Source: Picochlorum sp. SENEW3
Taxonomy: Eukaryota
Direction of reading: 5' to 3'
Assembly (NCBI GenBank): GCA_034226945.1
Contig: CP120454.1
Location: 620,001-684,000 of the forward strand
Length of the DNA: 64,000 bases
Shown here piece after piece: positions 46,081-59,937 of this stretch. The translations under genes and the position numbers were made by a program. Below the pieces are notes generated by a model. That model searched no databases and was not told the origin of the DNA. It saw only the letters and a program-made list of their open reading frames with translations. Within the stretch, counting starts at the first letter, position 1, and the number at the start of each line of letters is the position of its first letter.

Positions 46081-47007
46081 TTATTCATCCTCTCTTGTGT
46101 CCTTGACGACACCAACCTCTGCAGCCCTAACAGCTCTATCATGCAGCATATACCCCTTCTTAATGACAACTGCTACAGTACCAGGCTCTTTTGTAGCATC
46201 TGGTACCTCAAAAAGAGCATTGTGCATGTTGGGATCGAACGCTTCTCCAAGCGGATCATATCTCTTCACCCCTTCTTTTTCTAGAATCTTCATGAGAATC
46301 CCATCAGTCATTTCAACACCATCTTTCAAGCTATGAAGAAGGCTCATCGCACGATCAACTCCAATTTCTGCTTCATCTACATCTTTGAGTACACTCGAAG
46401 CAGCCCTCTCCAAATTATCCGCCACTTCTACCAAACTCTTCACAAGCCCTTGCGTCGCAAATTGACGGGCCTCCTCCAATTGCCTTGATGTCCTCTCACG
46501 CAAGTTCTCCATATCAGCCAATGTACGAACAAGCTTATCCTTCGCATCTTCCAAAGACTTTTCCTTCTCCTCCAGCTGAGTCTTGAATTCCTCAATCTGC
46601 GCCTGCATTTCTTCAGGGCTCTGTGGGGGAGCTGGAGCATCCTTTTCCTTCTCTGCCCCTTCCTGAGAGCCCTCCCCATTACTTTCTTTCTTCTCGTCCT
46701 TCTCCAAGACAGGGTTTATAAACGTAGATATAGAGCGCCCAGCTGCAAACCCTCGAGAACCCGAGCACTCCGACATTGCAACTTTGGAATATGGGTCCAC
46801 CTTCCATACAGAAGAAGAGTCCCTTCCTGCCGACGAGAATCGAGGGAACCCACCAGTTGGTTGAGTTGATACTCCAAATACTTCTAATCTACTTGTATGA
46901 TACGATGCATCGAGTTCTGAGAGACATGCTGAAGGGGAGGATGAAACAGAACGATGTCGTAGCAGCCTACTACACAAAGAACCCCGTTTCCTGGCGATTT
47001 GAAGCAT
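46081..47007 (-). CDS. GrpE nucleotide exchange factor, mitochondrial
   Basis: RTLADMENLRER, VADNLERA, FDPNMHNALF, KKGYMLHDRAVRAAEVGV. Confidence 0.93.
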   Translation of the reverse strand: MLQIARKRGSLCSRLLRHRSVSSSPSACLSELDASYHTSRLEVFGVSTQPTGGFPRFSSAGRDSSSVWKVDPYSKVAMSECSGSRGFAAGRSISTFINPVLEKDEKKESNGEGSQEGAEKEKDAPAPPQSPEEMQAQIEEFKTQLEEKEKSLEDAKDKLVRTLADMENLRERTSRQLEEARQFATQGLVKSLVEVADNLERAASSVLKDVDEAEIGVDRAMSLLHSLKDGVEMTDGILMKILEKEGVKRYDPLGEAFDPNMHNALFEVPDATKEPGTVAVVIKKGYMLHDRAVRAAEVGVVKDTREDE

Positions 47008-47276
47008 GGTGGTGTATCTGTGTATAGATCGTTACAATATCTATAGAATGCGGTACTATCTGCGGCACACACGCAGGTTTCTCTTCCAAGAAGCATCGAT
47101 ATTCCTTATTTGAGATGACAAAAGCGGCGATATTTCTCGTGCGTCGTGCACTAGATTCACCATCTTTGTCATTAAGTGAAGAACATTAGTCATTGTGCTC
47201 GACTATGTGCCCTATATTTGGTTGAATCTGCACGGAAAATTGCTATTCTAGATTGAATCATTTCTTTTCGCCCAGC

Positions 47277-50200
47277 ATGTATCTGTATAACTTGACTCTG
47301 CAACGCGCAGGGGCAATTACGGTATGTTTAATGATCTATAGTCATAAAGATCTATGGTGTTTGGGTAGGAGATGGCGTATCGTTCCTGGGGTCGCTAAAA
47401 GTTTGGATTGGAACAACGTGGCATGTAGTGACTCGGCGTTTCGTCAAATACTCATCCTGATTGTTTTGCTACCGTGCAGCATGCTATTTATGGCAATTTT
47501 TCAGCCCCAAAAGTGCAGGAAATCGTGGTCGCTCGTGGCGAAGTTTTGGAGCTGTTGAGACCAGATGACAATGGTCATGTTCAGACAGTGCATAGTACCC
47601 ATGTGTTTGGTATTATTCGTTCTCTTCAGGCATTCCGATTCCCAGGGTCTCATGAAGATTATATAATCGTGGGTTCTGATAGTGGCAGGATTGTTATCCT
47701 TAAATTTTCCGAGGAGAAGAATATGTTTCTGAAGATACACCAGGAGACATTTGGCAAATCTGGATGTCGCCGGATTGTGCCTGGAGAATACTTGGCTGTG
47801 GATCCTAAAGGTCGTGCATGTCTGATTGGTGCACTAGAGAAGCAGAAATTCGTGTATGTATTGAATAGAGATAGTGATGCACAGTTGACGATTTCGAGTC
47901 CTTTGGATGCCCACAAGTCATACCATATTGTATTTGACATTGTTGGGCTTGATATGGGATTCGATAATCCTCAATTTGCTGCGATTGAATTGGATTATGG
48001 AGAGGTAGATGTTGATTCCACTGGCGAAGCTGCTGCTGAGGCAACAAAGCAACTGGTCATTTATGAGCTTGATCTAGGATTGAACTCGGTGACACGAAAG
48101 TCAGCGGAAGATATTGATTCAGGTGCCAATAAATTAATTCCAGTACCTGGGTTGGCTGATGGAGGACCAGGGGGCGTGCTTGTGTGCTGCGAAAACTTTT
48201 TGCTGTATAGAAATGCAGACCATCCAGAGTTGAGGGCTGTCATACCCAGGAGAGCAGATCTTCCACTTGACAGGTCTGTACTGATCACAGCGTCAGCAAC
48301 GTTGAAGCAAAAGTCGAGATTCTTCACATTTATTCAGACTGAATATGGAGATTTATTTAGAGTGACAATGACGTATGATGGAAGTACCGTGACAGAGTTG
48401 AAGATGAAATATTTTGATACAATTCCTCCTGCAACATCGATATGCATTATGAGGAAAGGGTTCCTGTTTGCAGCATCTGAATTCGGGGATCATTATTTGT
48501 ATCAATTTGAAGCGCTTGGCGATGATGATGACGCTGTAGAAAGTAGCAGCCATAATGTCAAATTGGAAAATGGGGTGAGTGAAAATGGATTAAAAAGTCA
48601 GCCAATACGTTTTGAGCCTCGTTTCCCATTGCGAAATTTGGATCAGATTGATGCTATATCAAGTCTTGCACCAGTTATTGACATGAAAGTTGCCAATTTA
48701 CTGAAAGAGGAGACTCCACAGATTTATTGTGCATGTGGTAGGGGGACACGGTCTTCACTGCGTGTCTTGCGACCAGGACTGTCAGTCACAGAAGTTGCAA
48801 GCTCTGTCCTGAAAGCAAATGCGACAGCTGTGTTTACAATGAAGAAGAATCTTGATGACGAGTACGACTCATTTGTCGTGGTTTCTTTTGCAAACTCAAC
48901 GCTTGTGTTACAGGTTGGCCAAACTGTGGAACCTACAAGTGAGACTGGTTTTGATGAAGAGACACAGACGTTAGGAGCCCAGCACATGCATGATGGATCA
49001 TTATCTCAGATCACACCTACCGGAATCAGACATGTAAAGCAGTCTGGGCAAGTAACTGAGTGGAAAGCTCCAGAGCGGCGAAACGTCACCAAAGTTGCAA
49101 GCAATGAGAGACAGGTGGCCGTCGCTTTGGCAGGCGGAGAAGTTTTATACTTTGAAATGACGCCTCAGGGTAACCTTATTGAAACCGAGAGAAAAGAACT
49201 TGGGGGCGATGTGTCATCGCTGTCGCTGGGAGATATTCCTGAAGGCTCCCTAAGGAATAGGTATTTAGCTGTGGGCTCGTACGACAAGACTGTTCGAGTT
49301 CTTAGTCTCGATCCTGGAGATGGCATGAAATCTTTAAACATGCAAATGCTGCCAGACACCCCAGAGAGTCTATTATTACTGGACGAATCTGAGCATCATG
49401 CATCGCTTCATCTACAGATTGGGCTTGCAAACGGTCTTCTTCAGCGCACAGATGTTGACAGGGTCACTGGTGAAATGACTGATTCTCGAACCAGATTTTT
49501 GGGTGCGAAGCAGCCAACGTTGTGCAGAGTGCGAGTAGCCGGAAAGAAGAGCATGTTGGCGCTCTCGTCACGCCCCTGGATTGGATACAATGACCAAGGA
49601 AAGTACTCCATTGCTCCAATTTCGTACGAGCCCTTGCACCATGCAGCACCATTTTCAACAGAGCAGTGCCCAGAAGGCTTTGTTGCTGTCACAAACAATT
49701 CTCTTAGGATCATTTCTATCGATCGTTTAGGCCAATTTTTCAACGAGCTATCAGTCCCGTTGAAATACACTCCAAGGAAGCTCATCATCCACCCAGACCA
49801 CAGTACCCTTGTGACGATCGAAAGCGACACACAGATGAAAAACTATACCGCGACAGATGGAGACGGAGACTCCTCGATGGAAGTAGATGAAGAGTCAGAT
49901 AAAATGAATCAAATAGGGAGTTATCAAGCATCAAAAGGAGAATGGGCATCCTGCATCAGAATCGTGGATCCATCGAGCTTGACATCCCTGCATTCAGTAG
50001 AACTTGAAGAAAATGAAGCAGCAATTTCTGCAGCAATCGCAGAATTTGATAGTGCACCTGACAGAGGACGCCTTCTTTGTGTTGGAACCACCAAGGGGCT
50101 TTCCTTCAATCCACGCAAATCCAAGGGAAACTACATCAGAACCTATGCATTCTCAGATGAGGGAAAGAGCCTATCGTTGATCCACGTAACAGAAGTAGAT

Positions 50201-51007
50201 GCAATTCCTAGAGCTCTTGTACAATTCAAAGGTAAACTGCTGGCTGGAATCGGAGCAACTGTCAAACTTTTTGATGTCGGAAAGAAGAGACTTCTCAGGA
50301 AATGCGAGTACAAATCCCTCCCAACAGATGTGGCAACCCTCCACACCACGGGCTCTCGTATTTACATTGGCGATGCTTACGAGTCGGTTCACTTTATGAA
50401 GTACAAGAAAGCAGAGAACAAACTGTATATATTTGCAGACGACTCCATCCCTCGGCACATCACAGCCCTCTGTCCACTAGACTATGACACGGTTGCTGCT
50501 GCAGACAAATTTGGAAGCCTGACAGTTCTTCGATTACCGCCAGAGCTCTCTGCTGCTGTCGAAGAAGACCCAACAGCAGGTAAATATGCCGGAGATATCT
50601 CTACTGGGGCACCAAATAAGTTGCAAAGCATTGCAAACTTCCATGTTGGAGAAATCATCACATCGATTCAGAGAGCAACTCTGCAGGACCATGGCAAGGA
50701 AATCATGCTCTATACAACACTTAATGGAACCGTTGGTGCCGTGCACGCCTTCTCCAGCAGAGACTCCATAGACTTTTTCCAGCACTTGGAGATGCACATG
50801 AGACAGGAAGCTCCTCCATTACTGGGCAGAGATCATCTGGCATTCCGCTCCGCCTACATCCCAGTAAAGAGTGTTGTGGATGGAGACCTATGCAGCCAGT
50901 TTGGTAGACTCCCAATCACCACACAAAAGACGGTCGCAACGGAATTGGACAGAACACCAACTGAGGTCCTTAAAAAGATTGAAGATACCATGAATCTGAT
51001 TGTGTAA
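47277..51007 (+). CDS. SF3B3: Splicing factor 3B subunit 3 (SAP130/Rse1)
   Basis: First exon MYLYNLTLQRAGAIT, then HQETFGKSGCRRIVPGEYLAVDPKGRA...GRDHLAFRSAY..VDGDLC. Confidence 0.97.
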
Positions 51008-51069
51008 CTTCCGTGCTGCGATTAGTGGCGTAACCAAAGTATTCATTACCTATACAATTTTAGATAATA

Positions 51070-52199
51070 ATGACTGTCCCACAAGCACTGCAAAAGCTGT
51101 ATAGCGACTTTCAGGTCGGTGGTTGTTTCGATCAACGTTGAACCGCTGCGTTTTTCATTCGTATCGGCACTGTTTGACAATCATTTACCATGTACATGCA
51201 GAACTGTGTTTCTAAACAGGATGAGAGTGGATTTCAAGCTGCATTGAGTTCTCTCAAGGTACGAAACAATGGTCTTTTTCAGCGATTCTTGATTCCTGTC
51301 CCACGCGACTCCACATACGCCAGATTCTGATACACACACGTATATCATTTAAAATTATTCAATAATATTGATATTATGTCGCGCTATCCGTGCAGATTGA
51401 GTTGACCAAGCTGCCCTCTCTTCCACCTCGTTTGGAAGAGGGTCCAGGTGCCCAAGAGGAACGGCTTCTGGCACGTACGTGTATTTATTTATGTGCAATC
51501 TTCCTTCGATTGTCCATGGTGATTCATCTTTATGCATGTATATCGCAAGACGTCATCATATTGATAATATATCAAACACATGCAGGGGATGTGTATGAAA
51601 CTGCTGTGCTCTTCACAAGCAGTCTGGGAGACGATGCTGGTTTTGACCGTAATTTCGCACTGCTCAAGCCATACTACTTAGATATAAGAGATAGTATTCC
51701 AGCGTCAGAAAAAGAGCCGCTGCTATGGGGGTTGAGGTTGCTGATGCTCTTGGTACAAAACAGGATTGCAGAGTTCCATTCTACCCTGGAACTTTTGCCT
51801 CTGGATGTTGTGTCGGCTACAGAAGTATCATATGTTATGGAATTAGAAGGATGGATGATGCAGGGGTCGTATGCGAATATCGGATCCGCCAAATCCTCTG
51901 CTGTGTCTCCATATTATATTCCGCTGTTGGACCGCATTGTCACCACTGTTAGAAACGAAGTGGCAAGCTGCAGCCAGGCTGCCTATAAAAAGTTACGCAT
52001 AGAAGATGCTCAGAAGATTCTGGACATCCGGGCTGATGAAGTAGACGCATACTGCGCAGAGTATGGGTGGAAGAAGGAGAATGGGTACATTTTGCTGCAA
52101 CAGTCAATGCAGCAGGATGCCTTGCAGGGGCTCCCAGAAGCAGAACGCATTATTCACAATTGTATGCAATATGCGAAAGAATTAGAGCGAATAATATAA
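51070..52199 (+). CDS. RPN12: 26S proteasome lid subunit Rpn12 (three introns)
   Basis: LLWGLRLLMLLVQNRIAEFHSTLE, LEGWMMQGSY, YAKELERII; short 5' exons from ATG 51070. Confidence 0.9.
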
Positions 52200-52213
52200 C
52201 ACACATATTGTAA

Positions 52214-53479
52214 TTACTTCTTGCCACCATCACCCCATTCACTACTGTAACTCAAACTCTGATTCTCCAATTTTTTCGCATCCGCCAGCTTTCTCACAGC
52301 CTTCATAAAATCTTCATGAACTGCATAATCACGCTCATCACGGATCGCAAACATCCCAGCTTCGGTGCAAATATTTCTCAAATCTGCGCCGTTGAAATTA
52401 TCAGCAAGCTTGACAATCGCCTCATAATCAACATCCCCATGCTTGGACAATGCATTCGCATGAATCTTTAAAATCTCCATACGAGACTGTTCATTCGGCA
52501 ATGGAATTTCAATCTTACGATCCAATCGACCGGGGCGCATCAACGCAGGATCCAGTGTATCAGGCCTATTGGTAGCAGCCACAATCTTCACCTTGTCAAG
52601 CTGCTCAAACCCATCCAGCTGCGATAACAATTCCATCAGCGTACGTTGAACCTCTCTATCAGCAGATGTACCTTCACTAAACCTCTTCCCACCAATCGCA
52701 TCAATCTCATCCATGAAAATAATACACGGCTGATGCTCCCGTGCATAATTAAACATTTCTCTGATAACCCTGGCAGACTCTCCGATATACTTGTCCACAA
52801 TCCCAGACGCCACCACCTTGAGGAAATTCGCATCAATATTTGATGCAATCGCCTTGGCCAACAACGTCTTCCCCGTCCCCGGAGGCCCATACAACAACAC
52901 ACCCGTTGGAGGCTTGATACCAACCCGACCAAACAGCTCTGGATTCACAAGAGGAAGCTCCACAGCCTCCCGAAGCCCTCTAATTTGCTCACTAAGACCA
53001 CCAATATTCGAGTAATCTACATTCCCAGGATCCTCTTGCGTCATATTGAACACCACAGGATCAACCTCCCTCGGCAAAATCCTCATAATTGTCAGCGTTG
53101 TCACATCCAGAGCCACCCTCGTATTCGCCACCAATTTACTCTTATCAACCTGACTACGACAGCCAACCACATATCGAGGACCACTACTTGACTTGACAAT
53201 AAACCGCTCCTCATCCAGCTGTCGCAACACCTCTCCAATAATTTGACCAACACTCTGCAGGGCTTTCAAATCATCTTCCGTCTTCTCATAGTCCCTATCC
53301 ATCCTACGAATATCCTCCCGAAGAGCCTTCACCTTACTCTCATATTCTCTGTGCTTCAGTACCTTTTTCTTGTACTCGTCAATCGCAATCTGCTTGGGAT
53401 CAGGCTGTTGCTGATCATCATCATTCTCGTTCGTCGTCGCTGGAACAGGCACATCTTCCACAGCACCGTCTACATCCAT
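52214..53479 (-). CDS. RPT4: 26S proteasome ATPase Rpt4
   Basis: [50 protein letters not shown]. Confidence 0.97.
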   Translation of the reverse strand: MDVDGAVEDVPVPATTNENDDDQQQPDPKQIAIDEYKKKVLKHREYESKVKALREDIRRMDRDYEKTEDDLKALQSVGQIIGEVLRQLDEERFIVKSSSGPRYVVGCRSQVDKSKLVANTRVALDVTTLTIMRILPREVDPVVFNMTQEDPGNVDYSNIGGLSEQIRGLREAVELPLVNPELFGRVGIKPPTGVLLYGPPGTGKTLLAKAIASNIDANFLKVVASGIVDKYIGESARVIREMFNYAREHQPCIIFMDEIDAIGGKRFSEGTSADREVQRTLMELLSQLDGFEQLDKVKIVAATNRPDTLDPALMRPGRLDRKIEIPLPNEQSRMEILKIHANALSKHGDVDYEAIVKLADNFNGADLRNICTEAGMFAIRDERDYAVHEDFMKAVRKLADAKKLENQSLSYSSEWGDGGKK

Positions 53480-53693
53480 GATTACTACTACTATGTTGTA
53501 ATTTTATTGATATTCGTTTTTATGATACATACATATGCAACGACAGCGGATACCAGTCTGTCGAATAGTTCTTTCTGTTTTAATCTTCTTTTTACAGAGA
53601 GATCTCTAGAGATCTTCTTCTCTCTCGAAGAAGAGGTCTTCAGCAACAAAGATTCTTTTATTTTGTTTCTTCTTCATTTTTTATTATTTTGAT

Positions 53694-54452
53694 ATGCAGC
53701 ATAGATGTATTCAACGACCCAATTGGGTCCTGTTTGGAGACTCCATCACCCAGAAAGGTTCCAGCCCCGGTGGGTGGGTGGCCAGACTACAGGATGCCTA
53801 TCAGCGGCGCATTGATGTCTTCAATAGAGGCTACTCTGGGTATAACACTCGATGGGCTCGAGCGATACTCCCTCACATGCGCAACGTGATGAAGGATGCG
53901 CAATTAGTGACTGTCTTTCTGGGTGCCAATGATGCTGCTCTGCCAGACTTGACATCAGCGGTGCAGCACGTGCCATTGAGCGAGTATAGAGACAACCTGA
54001 AAGGAATCATATCTGAGATTCAAGAACAGGGTGTGAAGCATATCATCATCATGACCCCGCCTCCTGTGAGCGAGCCTCATAGACTGACACATGCCTTGGC
54101 AACCTATGGGATTTCTCTAGAGTCTTCAGAGCGGACAAATGAGGTGACTCGGCAGTATGCAGACGTGTGTGTTCAGGTTGGTGCGGATCTGAGTATACCT
54201 GTTCTGAATTTGTGGGATATTTTTATGAAGGATGCGTCCTATGGCGATGTATTATTGAATGATGGGCTTCATTTGTCTGCCAAGGGAAATGAGCTTGTGT
54301 ATACCAGTTTGCAGGCACTGATTGATGCCAGCTTTCCTCATCTGAAGAGCGATGCGATGGAATTTGATGTTCCAGAATTTCGAAGTCTCCTCTCAATGGA
54401 TCAAGATCCGATGAGAGCGTTGGAATCATTCTTTACATCATCATCATCATAG
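53694..54452 (+). CDS. SGNH/GDSL esterase, IAH1-like
   Basis: LFGDSITQ, NRGYSGYNTRW, FLGANDA, DGLHLS. Confidence 0.92.
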   Translation: MQHRCIQRPNWVLFGDSITQKGSSPGGWVARLQDAYQRRIDVFNRGYSGYNTRWARAILPHMRNVMKDAQLVTVFLGANDAALPDLTSAVQHVPLSEYRDNLKGIISEIQEQGVKHIIIMTPPPVSEPHRLTHALATYGISLESSERTNEVTRQYADVCVQVGADLSIPVLNLWDIFMKDASYGDVLLNDGLHLSAKGNELVYTSLQALIDASFPHLKSDAMEFDVPEFRSLLSMDQDPMRALESFFTSSSS

Positions 54453-54920
54453 TGGCGTTTCTTTCTTCCCAATATTGGGATTTCCCATGAATGGGAGAGT
54501 TCCATTTTTGTCAATGGTGCAAAAGAGTTATTTGTTCTGATTCAGCTTCTTTCCACATGTATATAAATGTATTTTAATTGGGATCAATACTCGTCAAGAT
54601 AGCTCAGTATCGATCCATTCTCTGCCTCGGCGGTAGTAGTAATACGAGCAGTAGTAGTAGACCATTGGCGAGTGCCATTCGATCGAAACCTCCACGACGA
54701 TTTTTGACACACGAGCCGATTGGTGCGTGATACTGATATGTCTTTGGTTGATAAACCCTTGCTTTCAATGAGAATGGTGCCTGTCTGCGTTCTCAGACTG
54801 TACTACTACTAGTATCTGAGTGGTAGTACCACACAGATTGATGTGTTGATCTAGATTGGTTAGTATTGTTATGACATGTGTGTTGTCTTCGTATGTGGTG
54901 CAGACCTATCGATTCTCAAG

Positions 54921-56116
54921 ATGCCGTTTGTAACGAGTGTCATGTCGCTGCGGAATCTATGGAGGAGGAAGAGTGATTCTTCCTCGTCTCCAGTAGAATC
55001 AAAGCAGGCTGCTGCTGCTGCAACAGCAGATGGTGGACATGACAAGGTGGTCGAGTGTATTCTGCAGTCTCCTCTTCTTAGTATTTGTAATATTATGGAG
55101 AAGGATGTGAAAGAGAATGTGAGCAAGTATGTGGATATTGCGTCACATATGATTCAATCTATGGGTATGCCTGACAGGTTTGAAGACATGTCAGTCCCCG
55201 ATAGGTGCGTTGGATTGTGGCATGTTTGCATGCATGGTTACCAAATAAATACACGTGGATGTGTAGGAAACGAGTGTATCAGTATTATCTGCCCGTGTGT
55301 GTGTGGTGCGAGTCCCAGTTGATGGAACACAAGAAGAAGAACAAGTCTGGGCCTCTGGTTCTCGGAATCAGTGCGCCTCAGGGGTGTGGCAAGTCGACCT
55401 TGTGCGAACAATTAGAAAGTGTGTTTCAGTATCTCGGGTTGACGGCGGCGTCGGTGTCTATTGATGATTTTTATCATACGAGAAAGAATCAGGTGGCTGT
55501 GGCTGAGGAGCATGCAGGGAATAGGTTGCTGGAAATGAGGGGAAATGCCGGATCTCACGAAGTTGCATTAGGAACAAAGACATTACAGGCTTTGAAAAAT
55601 GCAACATCGCCAGAGTCGACTGTCGCGCTTCCCCGATATGACAAGTCCATGCATCAGGGCAAGGGAGACAGATCAGATGAGAGTACGTGGCCAGTGGTTC
55701 GAGGCCCTGTGGATGTCGTTCTATTCGAGGGATGGATGCTTGGGTTCTCTCACGTGAAGAATCCAGGAAAGGTTGATCCAGATTTAGATACTGTGAACTC
55801 GTTTTTGAAGGGGTATAAGAATGCATGGGACAGATTTGTTGATTCATGGTTGGTCATCAAGGTGGCAGACCCATCCTTTTCTCATCAATGGAGGCTTCAG
55901 GCGGAGATGAGGATGCGCGATGCTGGTCGCACAGCGATGACGGATGAAGAAGTGGCTGTATTCGTTGATCGATTCATGCCAGCCTACAAGTGCTACCTGC
56001 CTGGTTTGTATACGAAAGGACCAACAACAGCCTGCAAGGGGAAACTGCTCATTCTTCAGGTGGACGAAAATCGAGAACCTCTCGAACACCAGCCTGCTCC
56101 TCTTTCTATTCGATAA
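54921..56116 (+). CDS. GLYK: D-glycerate 3-kinase (start uncertain, intron about 55205-55266)
   Basis: RVYQYYLPV, GISAPQGCGKST, SIDDFY, RGNAGSH, PRYDKS, FEGWMLGF, WRLQAE. Confidence 0.9.
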
Positions 56117-56345
56117 TCAAGTATACACATGAATGAATGTAGTATTACATTGTACCAGTCATGGTTCTACATATAATACCACGTGGTGGTTTCAAACCAA
56201 TCGTCATGCAAATAACAACAAGATGAAAGATTGAAAAATAGTAACAAGAGTCGACAACAACACACAATCATGCCGACCATAGTATGTTCGTACAACGCCT
56301 TGCGCTGTAGCAGATCATCCACAACAACGACAACCATCATTTCAT

Positions 56346-56888
56346 TTACACTGAAAAGCTTGTTCCACATCCACACGAGGACGATGCATTTGGATTTGAA
56401 AATCTGAACCCACCACCAATCAGTTCATCCGAATAGTCGAGCTGTAATCCAAAAAGATAGAGAAGGCTCTTTGGATCGATTCGAATTTCCACATCACCCT
56501 CAGCCAAATCCATAATCACATCCCCATCCACTGGATCCTCCTTTGACGCAAAGTCCATGACATAGGACATACCAGAACAACCGCCACTCTTCACACCAAC
56601 TCTTAAAACGATTGGCTTCTCATTCTTCTCCTCTCCTAGTTTACATAAATGCTTCAGAGCTGCATCAGACAGTGATATTGGGTCTGCTGGGCCTTTGACT
56701 GTTTCCTTGGTCGCCGACACAACAACCAGCCGTTGTTGCTGATTGACTAGAGTTGGAGGAGTGGAAATAATTTTACCAATGCTAGTATACCCTCTAGGGT
56801 TTATCCGAGACTGTGTCTTTGGAACCAGTCTCATCGTCGTAGGTTGAGACAAGGTCGCTTGCTTCATCATATTCACTGGCATCGCCAT
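56346..56888 (-). CDS. Plastid A-type Fe-S cluster carrier (IscA/SufA)
   Basis: RVGVKSGGCSGMSY, DPKSLLYLFG, NPNASSSCGCGTSF; transit peptide. Confidence 0.92.
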   Translation of the reverse strand: MAMPVNMMKQATLSQPTTMRLVPKTQSRINPRGYTSIGKIISTPPTLVNQQQRLVVVSATKETVKGPADPISLSDAALKHLCKLGEEKNEKPIVLRVGVKSGGCSGMSYVMDFASKEDPVDGDVIMDLAEGDVEIRIDPKSLLYLFGLQLDYSDELIGGGFRFSNPNASSSCGCGTSFSV

Positions 56889-57852
56889 AGCAGTAGTATG
56901 GATATCTGTAAGAATATATATATATATACTTTTTAAAGTAGGTTTGATGCTACTAGCTATTGTCAGGTGGTGGATGGATTCTCCACCCATGTGAAGAAAT
57001 AAGGGTTTGTTTTAATACCTTTTCAAGGAATCTCGATGGGATGTTGGACTGCTGCCAACATATCCATCTATACGATTCACAAAGTACCGGTTTACAGTTG
57101 CAGTGAATCAAACATGTATATATGTCGTGACGATATGCACGACTTGGTTGTAGAGACGTGTCCTGCAATGCAATCCTTGTACACTGTGCTACCAAGACTC
57201 TCTTCTTCTTCTCCTTCTTGTGTTTCCCTTCTGTGTGCAAAGAAAGAAACACATTCTTAAGAGCAAAAAGATACAAGAGACGTGGCGATACAATATTTCA
57301 CTGTGGCAATCGTGGCAGCCTCAGTGCTTGTAGCAGGCACCTAGACACACTGTGCTGTGTGGAGAGGTTGGACATGCATATGGTGGTGCCTGCTACAGTC
57401 TTCTTCTTCTTCTTGTGTGGGGACTCAGCATAGCAATATATCTATATATCGCTGTACTTGTCTCCCAAAATACCATGGTGTGCACAGTATGATTGTTTGT
57501 CTGGCTGCTGACTCATCATCATTGTCAACATCATACTGCTGGGGCGTGTTTTTCCATCACTGGCGGTGATAGCATAAATAATAATCACGAGCCAGTGATG
57601 CTTGAAAACAAGTGCATCTCGAACACGCGAATTCTATGCATTCGCTCTAGTTGTGTTGGCAACACAAAGAGCTCATCTTCCCATCCATCTGTTGCATTGT
57701 TGCCTATCTATATCGCTGCCTATCCATCCGTCTATCATTATACTAGTCCTACTCCTATGAATTCATCATTGTCATCCGTACATGACTCCTATTCCTACTA
57801 CTCCTAAGAAGGAACAAAAAAAAAAAGCAAGATTCTCTTCCTCCTATTCTTC

Positions 57853-59064
57853 CTAAGCACAGTACAATGATTTTTCTATGGTTGGGGGAATTGGCTTGAT
57901 CTCAGTTCCCAACTCTTGTTCAATTCTGTACAAATTGAATCGATCTTCATATGTGATCAAATTAATGGCAAGACCCAAATGTCCAAAGCGACCAGATCGA
58001 CCAACTCTGTGCAAATATGTCTCTGAATTCTTCGGAAAGTCAAAGTTAATGACGACATTTACTGCTTGAATATCAATACCTCGTGTGAATAAATCAGAGC
58101 ACACGAGGTTTCTGCAGTTTCCATTACGGAAATCATGGAACACTCTATTCCTATGGGACTGCAACATTTTTGCATGAATGTAAAAGCACGAGTATCCAAG
58201 TTCTGTAATCTTCTTTGCCAGCAACTCCACTCTATGCACAGAGTTGCAGAAAATAATACTCTGATTAATGGACAGCTTGGAGAACAAGGTGTTCAAGCAA
58301 TGCACCTTTTGCCGTTCCTCCACAAATGCATAATACTGAGTGATACCCTTGAGGGTCAACTCCTCCATCAGATTGATAATATACGGTTTCTTCAAAAACT
58401 TTTCCTTGAATTGCTTCACAGTCACAGGGAATGTGGCCGAATACAAACAAATCTGCCTATTGTTTGGCAAAAAGGACAGGAGCTTTTCAATAACTGGTTG
58501 GAACTCAATTGACAAGAGCTTGTCTGCTTCATCCATCACAGCAATACTACACTGATTCAATTTACAAACCCCCTTCTCTGCCAAATCCAGTACACGCCCT
58601 GGGGTAGCCACGACAACGTGAACAGTCGCCCCCAACCTCACAATATCATCCCTTAGTGATGTCCCTCCCGTAGACACCATCACCTGGACTCCCATATGCT
58701 TTCCAAGCTCCTTACAAACCTGACTCGTCTGCAACGCCAACTCACGTGTTGGCACCAATATCAACGCCTGAATCACATTCTTGCTCATATCTACCTTTTC
58801 CAACACAGGAATACAGAATGCTGCCGTCTTTCCTGTACCATTCTTTGCCCTTGCCAAAATATCCCTTCCCGTCAACGCGATTGGAATAGACTCTTCTTGA
58901 ATAGGCGATGGATTTTCAAATCCTTTCTCATAAATACCCATCAAAAGCTCCCTCTTTAAAAAGTAATCTTCAAAACTATTCCCTTTTGTTGCAGTAACAT
59001 CTTCTGTCTTGTATCTAAGGTCCTTATCAGGAATACTCAGCTGCGATTTCCACTCCTCTCCCAT
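57853..59064 (-). CDS. DDX6: DEAD-box helicase Dhh1/DDX6
   Basis: [47 protein letters not shown]. Confidence 0.97.
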   Translation of the reverse strand: MGEEWKSQLSIPDKDLRYKTEDVTATKGNSFEDYFLKRELLMGIYEKGFENPSPIQEESIPIALTGRDILARAKNGTGKTAAFCIPVLEKVDMSKNVIQALILVPTRELALQTSQVCKELGKHMGVQVMVSTGGTSLRDDIVRLGATVHVVVATPGRVLDLAEKGVCKLNQCSIAVMDEADKLLSIEFQPVIEKLLSFLPNNRQICLYSATFPVTVKQFKEKFLKKPYIINLMEELTLKGITQYYAFVEERQKVHCLNTLFSKLSINQSIIFCNSVHRVELLAKKITELGYSCFYIHAKMLQSHRNRVFHDFRNGNCRNLVCSDLFTRGIDIQAVNVVINFDFPKNSETYLHRVGRSGRFGHLGLAINLITYEDRFNLYRIEQELGTEIKPIPPTIEKSLYCA

Positions 59065-59937
59065 TGTAAAATAGAACTATTTCTGTCTTCGATCTAAATC
59101 TTGACTCGATCAGATGCCCGTTCGTGTGCCCTTCTCTCTAGACACTCTTCTTCTTCTTCTTCTTCTCAGTCTTCAGATGAAATCACGTCCAGTACCCGTG
59201 TTCTGCGACGCCAATACACCCCTCGCCTTTATCAAATCACAAGATATTGCTCTGCAATGAACATAGATGCCCGATCAACACACAAATCTCCATACACAGG
59301 CACCCTCTGAGAAAAACATTCGCCGTCGCCCGTTGATCGACCATCACCGTCACAGAAACACCCCACAAGAACCCACCCACCACCACCACAACTATCACAT
59401 ATGTAAAATAGTACTATTACCATACACATCACCCACAAGCACGCCCATGTCTGTCGGTGCTGGCGAATCCCAACGCGCGACATCCATCCCGGAAACAAAC
59501 CAATTCGTACCGTATCGCTGTGATCTTGTATTGCAAATTGCTTACTATAGTTGAATACCCAATTTCATAATAGGTTGAATACGCCAGTGTCTGTCGACGT
59601 TGGGATATCTCTCACATATGATATGGCGCATGGATTGGTCATGTGGTACCAATCGGTCAAAGAATGTATTTGATAGGAAGAGTAATACGGTTATGATGAA
59701 TGCCCATCAAACGGCCCATTCAATGGTAAATAAGATCTCTTCTTCTTTTTCCCTTTTTAAGAGAAGTGAAGAGAAGAGAGAGTCTGTTCCAGAGAGGCAA
59801 AAAGCATACTCCTATTGCATTGTTTTGTTCATCTATCTAACTAATAGAGATAAACCTACCTGTTGCATTACGAACAAGAACAAGGACATACGCCTCATAG
59901 CTAGGAGAAGAAGAACGCAAGTGGAAGAAGCAACACA

